Below are positions 24,482 through 33,301 of a stretch of 52,776 nucleotides of DNA, piece by piece. The notes under the pieces were generated by a model. The model did not search any database. It was not told the origin of the DNA and saw only the letters and a program-made list of their open reading frames with translations. The stretch is taken from NCBI GenBank assembly GCA_001001705.1, contig LCOG01000008.1, positions 1 through 52,776 on the forward strand. The letters run 5' to 3'. The DNA comes from Parcubacteria group bacterium GW2011_GWA2_47_26. GTDB lineage: Bacteria; Patescibacteriota; Patescibacteriia; GWA2-47-26. The position numbers and the translations under genes are program-made. The first letter of the stretch is position 1. Each line of letters opens with the position of its first letter.

Positions 24482-27400
24482 CTATGATTCAGCCGGGGCC
24501 GGGGGTGACTCAACTGCCGGTTCAGGAGCTGGCTCTGGCGCGGGAGTAGGCGCGGATTCTTGAACTGGCGCGGGAGTAGGTTCTTCTGCTATGGGAGCTG
24601 GAGTGGAGGCCGATTCAGAAGTTGTCGCAGTCTCAATCGGTTCTGGCGCTGGCACTGCGGGAGAACTTTCCACCGGCGCAGAGGCTAGCGCAGGTTCAGG
24701 CGCAGGCGCAGGAGTAGGAGTAGGCTCCGGCGTAGAAACAGGCGCAGAGGCGGGTTCAACTGCTGAAACTGGGGCTTCTTCCGGTTCAACCTCAACTACG
24801 GCGGATGCAGGCTCTTCCGCTACACTTACGTCATCTTGGGGCGTAGCCCGGCCTGCCACAACCGAAGTTGTGGCACCGGGCGTAGCCGAAGGATCCCGCG
24901 ATTCTTGAGTGGCACGGGATTCTTCACGCTGTTCAGAATGACTGTCTTGGGATGTGGAAGATGCCGGAGCAACAGAAACACTGCTTGCGCTAGAGGCCGG
25001 CGCCTCACAAAGCGCTTTTACAAACTCGCCATTGCGAATACTTACACAATACTTCTCGCCCGTTGCCTCATCATACATAATCAACCGCTTCTTTACTTCC
25101 AAATCTTGAAGCATCATATTTCCGCTTGAATCAATGCTCCAAGCACCCGAGGAACTGGCAATGGCCAGCACGCCGGTAAGCGCGCGGCCATTCATATTGC
25201 CGTCAAAAGCGCTCGGTGCCGCAGCAATAGTCCCATCCGACGCTTGCGAGACCGTCAACTGATCCGGACCGTTCCAGAAGGTATTTATTACCTGTACCAT
25301 AACTTGCCCGCGCTCTTCATCAAATTGCGCAAGAGCCATACCAATCACGCGCCCAGAACGCGTAGCTTTCATGGCATGCCCTGGAGTTGAAGAGGTGGTG
25401 AGAAAATCCCCAACTTGGATGGATCCATTCTCGCGCGTCACCTTGACGGGTACGCGCCCGACAAGCGCGACGGGCAGTGGATTATCCTTATCCTCAATAT
25501 TATAGCCCGCAGAAGTGAAGTCACTGTAATTGTCAGAAACAATACCTACCACCGGTTCTTGATATGGTGTACTGGAACGCACCGTCTCTACAATGCGATG
25601 TCCTTGGGTAGTAACGACTTCACGAGTCCCGGGAACCACAATATCTCCGTACGAGACGCCTTGCGCTACAGGAAATTGCTCGGCATAGTCAGCCGTAGGA
25701 GCGCCGTTACAATCCTTAATTGCTTCGGTAGCCGCGCCATTAGTTTCATGACACAACGCATACGGCCCGTTAGCCCCTGTCGCCGTTGCAAAAGTGGCAA
25801 TCACCGTACCCGCCGTTTCCACAATAAACGCGCCCGCATTCACATTAATCGCATCATCCCAGCCGTCGCCGATTATCAATCCCGTCTCCGTCCCAGAACC
25901 GGCAGAAGTCAAAGCCGCAATGTTGACGCCATTAAGCGTGCCGGCGGCTGGACCAGAAGTGGTGGGTGAGACAATGTTTATCCCGGACATGGTACCACCG
26001 GTCACAATGGCGCCGGAGGCGGGAATAAGCACGCGCAGACCATCAGCCGTGACGGTGTCGCCGGTATTTTGGGTAATCACGGGCATGGTCACATTAAGAC
26101 CGCGCCAGGAAAGCACCGCGGCATTGGCGCCGTCAGTAACGCTTAACGCGCCGGCGGCAGAGATATTATATCCAGTGTAAGTGGTGGTGACAGCAGTATC
26201 AGCGGCGGTGAGTGCGTTCATGATGATGTTCGTACCCGTGATATCACGATCAACAGTGCCAGTGAGATTAGTATCAAAATCAAATTGAAGCCCGATTATA
26301 TCGCCAGCACCCTGTGTAGTAGCGCTCGCAAAATCCGCGTTGATGAGCGTGCCGAAAGTCCATTCGGTTTCTAGAGCAAAATCAAGGAAAGTACCGGTGG
26401 CTTGCGGAGTGATTGAAACGTCACCAAGTTCAGTAACCTTGAATACTAAAACCCCCGCGCCCGACAATTCATAATTATTGGCAATTATTTGGAAATCAGC
26501 TGTAGTTGTATCATTATTAGAGTCAATCGCTAATTTAAGATTAGCAGAACTTGCTCCTATAACTCCACCTGCTCCATTTAAGCCCCACTGATCTTGACTT
26601 GATACTTGCAAACCATATGTACTTAAAGTATTTCCACCAACTACAAAGCCGTCGGCTGTTATCTTACTTGATGCCGCGCCATTCACGGCAAAACCTATCT
26701 GGTTGGCCGCTACGGAATAGATGCCTGTGTCAGGGTCGCTTATAAACGCCAAACTAGGCAAAGCCGCGGTACCCGCGCCAAACCCAACATTCCCAGCAAA
26801 ACCAGCCGCCCACGATCTTGTGAGCGTCATGTTTGCCCCTTGCACTGGGTCATCTACATATAACGTATAAGCATCTGATATTGTCAGCGCGCCATCCGCA
26901 TTTCCCGCATAGGTGGGGCCTTGGATGAATACCTCTCTCTGCGTCGCCAGCGGCCCCGCTCCCGCCGCCCAGGTTTTCGTAGCGGAGAAATTAAAGTTTG
27001 CGCCGATATTTTCGGTGGCCGCGGTAAGATTTGTATGAGCCGCGCCTGTTAAAGTTAAGAAGGTTGCCAAGCCAGAAGCTATAGCTCCTTCTGTTAAAAT
27101 AAAATTCCGAGAACTTGCCCCAATTTGTAACGCCGTGCCACCACTGTGAATAATTCTAAATTCATCAGGGGAATTATCTGCAACGATAGACCATGTTCTC
27201 GAACTATTCGTTAATTCAATAGTGAAATCAGAAGCTCCTGTATAGGTTTGAGTGCTTGCCGTGAGAACACTGCGCGCGACATCATTCACACTGAACTCAA
27301 AAGTCGCTCCTGTCGGTACATTGAAATGGAGCTGGTTTGTTGCGTCTGCGTCGCGGCCTATTGAATAAGAAGCCGCTACCATTGCCACGCCGGTATCAAA

Positions 27401-30400
27401 TCTAACATGGTCATTCATCTCTAAAATACCTGTTGCCATGTCAAAAAGAGTCACACCGGCAAAGGCAAGGGTATCTCCCGTCTGGGTAATCGTGGCATCG
27501 CTGCTATCCCAGTTGATGACTGCGCCTTCGGCCAGAAACAAATCGCTGAACGCCGTTCCTGACACGCCAAGCGCGAGGCCGTCATCGGCATTGGGTTGAA
27601 GATTCGTCGCATTGAGAACAAGCTCATTAGTCCCGCCGATGCCCACCTCCAAAGACGTGGTAGCATTGATATCTGTGTCCCACCCAGAACCGACTGAAAT
27701 AGCGGTTTCCGTTCCTGAGCCGGCGGAAGTAAGGTTGGCGATCGCAATGCCTGTAAGAGTGCCCGCGGCAGGCCCTGAAGTTGTTGGCGCAATTATATTA
27801 ATTCCGGTTGATGTTCCGTCGGTTGTAATCGCGGATGAAGCGGGGAACACGATACGAATTGCATCCGCGGTTACCGTGCCCGTGGTTTGAGTGATGGCTG
27901 GAATTGTAATTGTCTCACCTCGCCAATTGATAGTTCCCGCGGCGGTGCTTTGAATTAAACCGGCGCTACTTGTGATTGTAATGCCACTCAATACCTCGGT
28001 GCCGGTTCCAGTGCGCGTAGCGCCATCAGTAGTAAGCGCGATATTGATCATATTCCGACCATTCGCGCCGGTTAAATTAGTGGCCAAATCAATATTTAGG
28101 CCCGTGAGCGCGCCAGCACCCTGCGTATTAGCTGACTCATACGAAACGTCAATAAGCGTGCCTGTGTCATTCATGCTTTCAAAATCCATCATATTTGCCG
28201 TAGTGATACTTGTGCCCGTAATAACAATAGCGGCGCCATCTCCACTGGGAACAAACGACGTCCGTCCATCGCTAAACATTGTAAACACATCCGAGTCTGT
28301 AGCATCCGCGTTTTGACTCGCACGTATGAACCCGGCCGAGGCATCTTCTGAAATCATATGCAGGAAATAGCCATTTGTAGAATTAGTGTCGTTGTATTCA
28401 AGACGAAGCAAAGCTGAATCAAATTGTGACCATGTTCCAGTTTTTTGAATTACCATGGCCGCTTGTCCAGCGGTGTCAAAGGTATTGGCATCACGAATAC
28501 CAATCCCAAAAGCTGATGGTGTGACAGCCTCTGTAAGACCGGCGCCGAACGCTCCGCCGACATGCAAGCCCTCATCCCACCCGGTTCCAATTGAAATAGC
28601 TGTTTCTGTGCCCGATCCAGCGGAGGTCAGGTTTCCGATTTGCATGCCATAAAGCGTGCCGGCCGCCGGACCAGAGGTTGTGGGTGAGACAATGTTTATC
28701 CCGGACATGGTACCACCGGTCACAATGGCGCCGGAGGCGGGAATGGTTACTTTCAGACCATCAGAGGTAATGGTGCCGGCGGTTCCGGTAATGGCAGCCA
28801 GTGTAATGTTGGTTCCAATTGAACTTACTGTACTACCGGCAAAATTTGCAGTTGCCACAGGAGCAGTAATATTCAGACCGCGCCAGTTGATAGTTCCAGC
28901 GGCGGTGTCTTGGGTAAGCGCGCCGGAGGCGGAATTATTGTAGGCAATGTAGGTTGTGGTATTGGCCGCGGATTGAGTGAGCGCGTTCATAACCACATTC
29001 GTGCCAGTGATATCGCGGTCAGTGGCGCCGGTAAGGTTGGTGTCAAAGTCAAACTGCAAACCAATGATGTCTCCGGCTCCTTGGGTGGTTGCGCCCCCAA
29101 AATTGGCGTTTATGAGCGTGCCTAAAGTCCACTCGGTTGCGAGTTCAAAATCAAGAAAGGTTCCCGTAGTATTGGGATCAATCGCAAGTGCACCGGAAGT
29201 TTCGGCAATAAAGGTGCCAGAATTAATGTTGATCGCGTCGTCCCAACCGGAGGCAATAGCTAAGCCTGTGGCCGTAATGGTGCCGGTGGTTTCGGATTGA
29301 GTCAGGGTGCCGATGTTTAAGGCATTTAAGGTAAGGGTGCCGGCCGCGCTAATAGTACCGGTAAAGGCATCCACGTCAATCACATTGAAGGTATCCGAGG
29401 CATTGACTGAAATTGAGGGGGTGATATCAATGACATTGCCCGAGGCATTAGAGCCGGTGAAAGTGAGCTGGAGCGCGTCAACGCCGTCAGTCGCTGAAGT
29501 GTCCCCGGAACCAATAGTCACGATGTCGGCGGTAGGGGTGGCATCCCCGTCAAAGTTAATGGTTTGTCCATCAATGATTTCCACATTAAAGTCACCCCCG
29601 GCAACGGCCAGAGAGTTCGCGGCATGGGTGAGGGTGACATCGCCATTATCAAAGTTGATGACTCCACCCGAGGCCAGGAAAAGATCTGACCACATTAAGG
29701 AGGTGGTGCCTAACGCATTAGAGTCGGTGGTGGCGGGTGAGAAAGCCGAGCTGGTCAGGGTTAGTTCATTGGTACCACCAATGCCGATCTCAAGTGAGGT
29801 GGTGGCATTGATATCCGTATCATATCCTGTACCAATAGAAATACCAGTGGTAGCAGAGTTGGTGGTGGTGGTGTTGGGTAAAGATAACCCAATAAACGTG
29901 TCAGCATCAGTGGATTCTGTCCAGTTGATTACCAAGCCATTGACGGCGTCTACTGCCGCATCGGCCGTAGAGATGGCGGAAAGATCCAGCACATCAATAG
30001 CGTTGACTGAAGTACCGGAAAACGCTACGACATCCCCAGCATTGGCACCAGTTTTAGTCACGTTGGCCGTATCTCCAGCATCGAGCGTCACATTAAAATC
30101 TCCGCCTGAAACATCAAGATCGCCGTTTGAGATAAGGATGTCGCCATCGGTAAGGACTAAAGAATCTACTCCGTCTCCACCGCCGTTTAAGGTGACTTGG
30201 CTGTCCGCGTCTGTATCTATAATCACGTCACCTGTGCCTCCAGGAGTAATAGTCAGAGATTCGTTTGTGCCTGTTGTAATAGAACCGTTGCCAAAGGTTG
30301 TTGTGGCTCCGGCGATGAATGAACCGTCCGTATAGACATTGCCTTCAATGCCTGCAATGCCAGCCACAAAAAGATCGTCTCCATCAAGTGTGAATCCAGC

Positions 30401-32095
30401 ATTGTCAAGAGTTTCTACCGCCGCGCCGACTGTCAGATTGTTGGTAAGGTTCAAGTCTCCGCTGTCTGTGAATGTCGCAAATGCAACGCCTCCATCCTGA
30501 ATGATGAAATCTGTTGTTGTTGAGAGATTGAAAACAAGGTCTCCGGCGGCGTCCACTGTAATGGTTTGACCGTTTGTATAGGCCTCGTCAAGAGTGACGC
30601 CGCCGTCAAGCGAGGTGAATTCGGCTGTTGAAATAAGTGTACCGGCAATGTCAAAAAGATTGGTGAATCCTCCGCCCGCGTCAATCACTTTAATGGCCGC
30701 GCCAATCGCGTCATCTAAATCTGAATTATCAATGACAAGAGAAGCATCAAGGCCTTCGGTTGAAGCAAGGTTATCAATGTAGATGCCATATTGGTCTGTT
30801 GTGCCAGAAGTCGTGTCAGAAGCTGTTGAGTTTATGGTCATCGAGTTTTCTGCCGTGGCGTTGGTAAGGGTTCGAGTTAGAGTAACGGTCTCTCCCGCTG
30901 TTCCAGTAATAGATAAGGCGGCGTCAAGAGAAGAAGCGTCAATAAATTTGTCGAAATCCAGCGTGTCGTCGGCAATATCCGCGTTCTCAATATTGGTAAT
31001 GGAATTCCCCGAACCGTTTGCGTCAAAAGAAACTCCTGTAATCGCGCCTGTTGTTGAGATGTCCCAATCCGATGAATCAATAGCCACTGTGCTCAAGTTG
31101 TTGCCAATAGAAATAGCTGTTGCTCCAGTGAGCGTCAGACCGCCAGCGCCTGTAATCAGGCCGTCGGCTGTGAGCGCTCCGATACCGGTCATGATCCCTG
31201 TGGCATCAATATCCCAATCCGAAGAGTTAACGGCAACCGTGTCGCCCCCATCGCCGAGCAACACCGCGCCTCCGGGTGTGAGAGTAAACGCTCCAGTTGT
31301 GGTGAACGTAGTTGATGTTCCATCAAATGCGATATCTGTATCAGCGATTGCGACATTGCCGTTTGCATCAAGAAGACCGCTTGCTGTCAAAGTTCCTGTT
31401 GCAGTAAGCGCATTGTTCACGGTGCTTGTTCCAGTGGCCGCACCCAGCGATAGCGTGGTAGCCGCTCCGCCGATATTCAAAGCAGTCGCTGTGGTATTTG
31501 CAAGATTAAATGTAGTCGCTGTTGTTGTAAAATCTCCGCCGTTTACCGCAAGATCAGCGCTGGTGGTAATGTTACCCGTAACCGTAATCTCGCCCGAAGC
31601 GCCGAGACGCAAAACATTATTAGCCGAGGTGCCCGCGTGCACACCATCCACAGTGTCGGCATTAATAGCAAATCCTGATGACGCGATTCTCTGCCGCGGC
31701 GCTAACGTTTCTGAAGTTGCAAAAATATCGCTTGTTGAAATTTCAACGCGCAAATATATGCTTGAATCCGAATCAAAATCAAGCGTTAACGCGTCAAACC
31801 CCGCGCTAGTGTCGCCAATAAGCGCGTTAAATACGCCATTCTGCACAGTAAGCCCGACAATCGCCGGATTTCCAGCGGGCCAAAGCTGGGTACCTCCAGT
31901 CAAATCGGAATAGATTGAAAATCGGAAATAAAAGGTCTGGCCGGAAGAACCTCCCAATAAATTACCACTCGCATCAGTAAGCCGTCCTTGATAGCTAATT
32001 ATACTTGGCGGCGCAGCCAAAGAAACCCTGAAAATTCCAAAAGTTAGCATCAGGGCTATTACCGAAAATGCACTTACAAACACAATCCTGCGCAT
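24482..32095 (-). CDS. giant (2537 aa) repetitive surface protein, fibre or adhesin-like
   Basis: N-terminal anchor or signal, then PPSIISYQGRLTD...LWP...VQNGVFN. Three modules of about 200 aa each end in SPTTSGPAAGTL..LTSAGSGTETAISIGTGWD. Tail-fibre-like strings are present (LEIGIGGTNEL...LGTTSLMWSDLFLA). A beta-rich C-terminal domain (ADYAEQF...PVALVGRVPVKV...GDFLTTSSTPGHAMKA) is followed by a P/A/E/S-rich tail. Confidence 0.85.
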   Translation of the reverse strand: MRRIVFVSAFSVIALMLTFGIFRVSLAAPPSIISYQGRLTDASGNLLGGSSGQTFYFRFSIYSDLTGGTQLWPAGNPAIVGLTVQNGVFNALIGDTSAGFDALTLDFDSDSSIYLRVEISTSDIFATSETLAPRQRIASSGFAINADTVDGVHAGTSANNVLRLGASGEITVTGNITTSADLAVNGGDFTTTATTFNLANTTATALNIGGAATTLSLGAATGTSTVNNALTATGTLTASGLLDANGNVAIADTDIAFDGTSTTFTTTGAFTLTPGGAVLLGDGGDTVAVNSSDWDIDATGIMTGIGALTADGLITGAGGLTLTGATAISIGNNLSTVAIDSSDWDISTTGAITGVSFDANGSGNSITNIENADIADDTLDFDKFIDASSLDAALSITGTAGETVTLTRTLTNATAENSMTINSTASDTTSGTTDQYGIYIDNLASTEGLDASLVIDNSDLDDAIGAAIKVIDAGGGFTNLFDIAGTLISTAEFTSLDGGVTLDEAYTNGQTITVDAAGDLVFNLSTTTDFIIQDGGVAFATFTDSGDLNLTNNLTVGAAVETLDNAGFTLDGDDLFVAGIAGIEGNVYTDGSFIAGATTTFGNGSITTGTNESLTITPGGTGDVIIDTDADSQVTLNGGGDGVDSLVLTDGDILISNGDLDVSGGDFNVTLDAGDTANVTKTGANAGDVVAFSGTSVNAIDVLDLSAISTADAAVDAVNGLVINWTESTDADTFIGLSLPNTTTTNSATTGISIGTGYDTDINATTSLEIGIGGTNELTLTSSAFSPATTDSNALGTTSLMWSDLFLASGGVINFDNGDVTLTHAANSLAVAGGDFNVEIIDGQTINFDGDATPTADIVTIGSGDTSATDGVDALQLTFTGSNASGNVIDITPSISVNASDTFNVIDVDAFTGTISAAGTLTLNALNIGTLTQSETTGTITATGLAIASGWDDAININSGTFIAETSGALAIDPNTTGTFLDFELATEWTLGTLINANFGGATTQGAGDIIGLQFDFDTNLTGATDRDITGTNVVMNALTQSAANTTTYIAYNNSASGALTQDTAAGTINWRGLNITAPVATANFAGSTVSSIGTNITLAAITGTAGTITSDGLKVTIPASGAIVTGGTMSGINIVSPTTSGPAAGTLYGMQIGNLTSAGSGTETAISIGTGWDEGLHVGGAFGAGLTEAVTPSAFGIGIRDANTFDTAGQAAMVIQKTGTWSQFDSALLRLEYNDTNSTNGYFLHMISEDASAGFIRASQNADATDSDVFTMFSDGRTSFVPSGDGAAIVITGTSITTANMMDFESMNDTGTLIDVSYESANTQGAGALTGLNIDLATNLTGANGRNMINIALTTDGATRTGTGTEVLSGITITSSAGLIQSTAAGTINWRGETITIPAITQTTGTVTADAIRIVFPASSAITTDGTSTGINIIAPTTSGPAAGTLTGIAIANLTSAGSGTETAISVGSGWDTDINATTSLEVGIGGTNELVLNATNLQPNADDGLALGVSGTAFSDLFLAEGAVINWDSSDATITQTGDTLAFAGVTLFDMATGILEMNDHVRFDTGVAMVAASYSIGRDADATNQLHFNVPTGATFEFSVNDVARSVLTASTQTYTGASDFTIELTNSSRTWSIVADNSPDEFRIIHSGGTALQIGASSRNFILTEGAIASGLATFLTLTGAAHTNLTAATENIGANFNFSATKTWAAGAGPLATQREVFIQGPTYAGNADGALTISDAYTLYVDDPVQGANMTLTRSWAAGFAGNVGFGAGTAALPSLAFISDPDTGIYSVAANQIGFAVNGAASSKITADGFVVGGNTLSTYGLQVSSQDQWGLNGAGGVIGASSANLKLAIDSNNDTTTADFQIIANNYELSGAGVLVFKVTELGDVSITPQATGTFLDFALETEWTFGTLINADFASATTQGAGDIIGLQFDFDTNLTGTVDRDITGTNIIMNALTAADTAVTTTYTGYNISAAGALSVTDGANAAVLSWRGLNVTMPVITQNTGDTVTADGLRVLIPASGAIVTGGTMSGINIVSPTTSGPAAGTLNGVNIAALTSAGSGTETGLIIGDGWDDAINVNAGAFIVETAGTVIATFATATGANGPYALCHETNGAATEAIKDCNGAPTADYAEQFPVAQGVSYGDIVVPGTREVVTTQGHRIVETVRSSTPYQEPVVGIVSDNYSDFTSAGYNIEDKDNPLPVALVGRVPVKVTRENGSIQVGDFLTTSSTPGHAMKATRSGRVIGMALAQFDEERGQVMVQVINTFWNGPDQLTVSQASDGTIAAAPSAFDGNMNGRALTGVLAIASSSGAWSIDSSGNMMLQDLEVKKRLIMYDEATGEKYCVSIRNGEFVKALCEAPASSASSVSVAPASSTSQDSHSEQREESRATQESRDPSATPGATTSVVAGRATPQDDVSVAEEPASAVVEVEPEEAPVSAVEPASAPVSTPEPTPTPAPAPEPALASAPVESSPAVPAPEPIETATTSESASTPAPIAEEPTPAPVQESAPTPAPEPAPEPAVESPPAPAES
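24830..24942 (-). repeat. composite palindromic element translated in frame near the 3' end of the giant gene
   Basis: On the minus strand GTCATTCTGAACAGCGTGAAGAATCCC...CCCAAGATGAC, with an inner hairpin CCCGGTGCCACAAC-TTCG-GTTGTGGCAGGCCGGG (24847-24880). It encodes HSEQREESRATQESRDPSATPGATTSVVAGRATPQDD. Confidence 0.7.
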
Positions 32096-32150
32096 GTGTT
32101 GATTATAACATTTTTCATATCAAGGAGGGGGGGGGGGTACTGTGGATAAC
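32096..32150 (-). promoter_or_regulatory. putative promoter of the giant gene: GTTATCCACA box, C11 tract, extended -10, start codon 6 nt after the -10
   Basis: Minus strand reads GTTATCCACA-gta-CCCCCCCCCCC-tccttgatatgaaaaa-TGT-TATAAT-caacac-ATG. The homopolymer is 32127-32137, the -10 is 32102-32107, and no SD is present. Confidence 0.5.
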
Positions 32151-32154
32151 TTAA

Positions 32155-33204
32155 TTACTTAACAAACTCTTCCCGCGCGGCTTCCCACAATTGCGGATAG
32201 CCTTGTATCTTTAGCCGCCACCACCATTCCACGCCCCAAGCATATATTTCATCAATTCCGGTCCTGCGGGCATAATCAATCGTGCTTCTAAATTCTTCCG
32301 GCGTCAACATGCGCAACTGCTCTTCTATAGGAACATTAATAATACTGTCCGGCGCCCACACTTCTAATTGCAGTTCTGTAATAATAAACCGCGGCGCCCA
32401 TGGGCGCAGGAGGCGTCCTTTTCTTGTATAAAACGAAGGCGGCAAAGGATAGGTGATATATCCAAAGGTTGGACTCCAAACCTTGCGATACAAACTAGTA
32501 CCAACAACATCGGCAACAACTGCAGAACGCAGGCCAAAAGACAATTCTCCAGATTCGGTCATGAGAATAGGCCGGGAATCAAGAGACCGTACAAGCTCCA
32601 CTTCCTTGTGCACAAACGCGTCAGGAATCGGAGGGCAATCGCCAAACCACCCAATAAACCCTTCATTCTCAATTTGCCAAGCCGTAATATTTATCCGCCC
32701 TTGAAAATGCTGAACTACCGTAGCCATCATTTCCAGTTGCGCTTTTTCAAATTCTGGCCGCTGTGGTCCAGCTCCCAAATCCAGCATGCGTTTCCATAAC
32801 GGACGAGATTCCGGCAGCCATGTTTGCGCCCATTGCGGCGCGCGGCATTCTGGCCAGCGCGGCAGTTTAAAACCAATGGTCGGCAAAACTGTAACATTCC
32901 GTTTAGCGGCCTCATCAATCATCCAATCATAATCCGCAAAATCAAAACGGCCGCGCGTGGACTCAATCTCATCCCAATTTATGCCAATTCGCACGCTCTT
33001 GACTTTTAGGTCATCCAAAATTTCCAGATACGCTTGTTTCCAATCCAAACCGAGATACTCGGCATATGATTTTGTAAAAGTAACTCCCCATGTTATGCTC
33101 TTGGCCTGCTCAATTTCGCGCGGAAAAAAAAGATACAAACTAAAAAACAAAACCAGCGCAATCACTGCAAGCAGAACACGTTTTATCCAACGCCAGAAAG
33201 CCAT
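32155..33204 (-). CDS. membrane-anchored TIM-barrel glycoside hydrolase (clan GH-A-like)
   Basis: N-terminal TM helix. VRIGINWDEIESTRGRFDFADYDWMIDEA, WQIENEG and LMTESGE resemble the acid/base and nucleophile strands of clan A hydrolases. Confidence 0.5.
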   Translation of the reverse strand: MAFWRWIKRVLLAVIALVLFFSLYLFFPREIEQAKSITWGVTFTKSYAEYLGLDWKQAYLEILDDLKVKSVRIGINWDEIESTRGRFDFADYDWMIDEAAKRNVTVLPTIGFKLPRWPECRAPQWAQTWLPESRPLWKRMLDLGAGPQRPEFEKAQLEMMATVVQHFQGRINITAWQIENEGFIGWFGDCPPIPDAFVHKEVELVRSLDSRPILMTESGELSFGLRSAVVADVVGTSLYRKVWSPTFGYITYPLPPSFYTRKGRLLRPWAPRFIITELQLEVWAPDSIINVPIEEQLRMLTPEEFRSTIDYARRTGIDEIYAWGVEWWWRLKIQGYPQLWEAAREEFVK

Positions 33205-33215
33205 AATAAAATACT

Positions 33216-33296
33216 GTCATTCTGAGGAGTCCCGCAGGCGCGGGACGACGAAGAATCTCGCACGAATGTGCGATTTTAACAGACACAGACAATGAT
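33216..33296 (+). repeat. intergenic copy of the GTCATTCTGA...GAAGAATCTC family
   Basis: GTCATTCTGAGGAGTCCCGCAGGCGCGGGACGACGAAGAATCTCGCACGAATGTGCG... It shares GAAGAATCTC-CACGAATGTG with the copy inside trxB. Confidence 0.7.
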
Positions 33297-33301
33297 AAGT
33301 T

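Noticed and set aside
24591-31913. Long plus-strand ORFs antisense to the giant gene, for example 29307-30335 (342 aa) and 30783-31913 (376 aa)
   Set aside because: They lie entirely inside the 2537-aa minus-strand ORF. They are low-complexity (V/P/A/S-rich) mirror translations of its Thr/Gly/Ala/Asn-rich repeats. They have no independent start context.
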